DNA of 63,426 nt, filler included, from Octopus bimaculoides (Eukaryota), in NCBI RefSeq assembly GCF_001194135.2. It is 5 parts of 5 records of this genome, joined end to end, with 100 filler letters (N's around TTAATTAATTAA, not from the genome) between each part and the next. Parts side by side here need not be neighbours in the genome. Positions count along the whole stretch, not along the records: positions 61,770 to 63,426 come from NC_068982.1; 4 more parts are not named here. One strand, given 5' to 3'. Under the pieces are notes generated by a model that worked only from the letters and a program-made list of their open reading frames with translations, had not been told where the DNA came from and searched no databases. The number at the start of each line of letters is the position of its first letter. The first letter of the stretch is position 1. Below, in pieces: positions 62,619 to 63,426 of this stretch. Made by a program: the position numbers and the translations under genes.

Positions 62619-62796
62619 TAGTTCAGCAATGGAGAGCGATAGAATAAAACCAAGCCTTAAATATGAGTACTGTTCTCGATTTTTGATAGTTCACACCGTG
62701 GCACCGCCTAGATAGAGATTAGACGATCAAATCGACAACTGTACTCATTTTAAAAAACGTTTGGACTTGTTCTATCGCTCTCTATTTGCTGAACTA
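62619..62796. mobile_element. MITE-like hairpin element with TA ends
   Basis: TA-GTTCAGCAAT-GAGAGCGATAGAA...ATGAGTAC-GTT-TCGATTT recurs inverted at the right end. About 65-bp imperfect arms. Confidence 0.65.
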
Positions 62797-62969
62797 TTAA
62801 GCTACGGGAACGAATAATCAAGTAAAACAAGAAACGGGCAAGAGGTGAGAATTTTGAATACTTCCGTAGAGGTTACAGCTATTCCATAATCCGCTCCCCA
62901 AAACTAAATTCCAATAACTGAGTGATATCTAAGCTTAACAGGATTACGTATGACGAAAAACAACCAGCA

Positions 62970-63325
62970 GGTGCAGGCGTGGCTGTGTGGTGAGAAGATT
63001 ACTTCTCATCCACATGATTCCAGTTTCAATTTCACTGCATGGCACCTTGGGCAAGTGTCTTCCACTCTAGCCTCGGGCCGCGTCTTCCACTCTAGCCTCG
63101 GGCCGCGTCTTCTACTCTAGCCTCGGGCCGACAAAAAAATTGTGAATAGATTTAGTGAACAGAAACCGAAAAAAGCCTGTCGTACATACATATGTTTATA
63201 TTTGTGTTTGTGCCTGTGTTTGTCCCTCCACCATCACTTGACAACCGATGTGGATGTGTTCACGTCGCGTAACTTAGCGTTTCGGCAAAATGGACCAATA
63301 AAATAAGTACCAGGCTTACAAAGAA
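62970..63325 (+). mobile_element. SINE family A with an internal 25-bp triplication
   Basis: GTCTTC(C/T)ACTCTAGCCTCGGGCCG(C) x3 at 63057-63130. Confidence 0.9.
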
Positions 63326-63426
63326 CATATATATATATGCATATATACATATATATATATGCATATATATATATATATATATATATGCATATATATATAT
63401 GCATATATATATATATATATATATAT

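Overview
This is AT-rich eukaryotic genomic DNA from a gappy draft assembly. The microsatellite density and SINE families suggest a coleoid cephalopod, probably Octopus (recognised by eye, not by database search). Four identical 100-bp spacers (44 N + TTAATTAATTAA + 44 N) split the window into five joined pieces: 1-15411, 15512-21557, 21658-36170, 36271-61669 and 61770-63426. Adjacency across these joins is not guaranteed. Most ORF-track entries are artefacts of microsatellites or N runs. The only well-supported host coding sequence is the 3' end of an unidentified plus-strand gene (exons 15699-15799, 17729-17835 and terminal 19866-20727), which ends in a putative Cys/His zinc-binding tail. 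A few isolated candidate exons occur elsewhere. The rest is decayed mobile DNA: four tRNA-type SINE families, RTE and R4/Dong LINE relics, a Penelope RT fragment, Tc1/mariner relics and a MITE. The most interesting signals are (i) several minimal type-I hammerhead-ribozyme-like motifs, one in a 360-bp tandem unit and others in a repeat family whose 29.9-30.2 kb copy has a tRNA-like Pol III head and Penelope-like inverted ends, and (ii) introns of the host gene built from complementary simple-repeat halves that could form dsRNA. No intact autonomous element, CRISPR array or prokaryotic system is supported.
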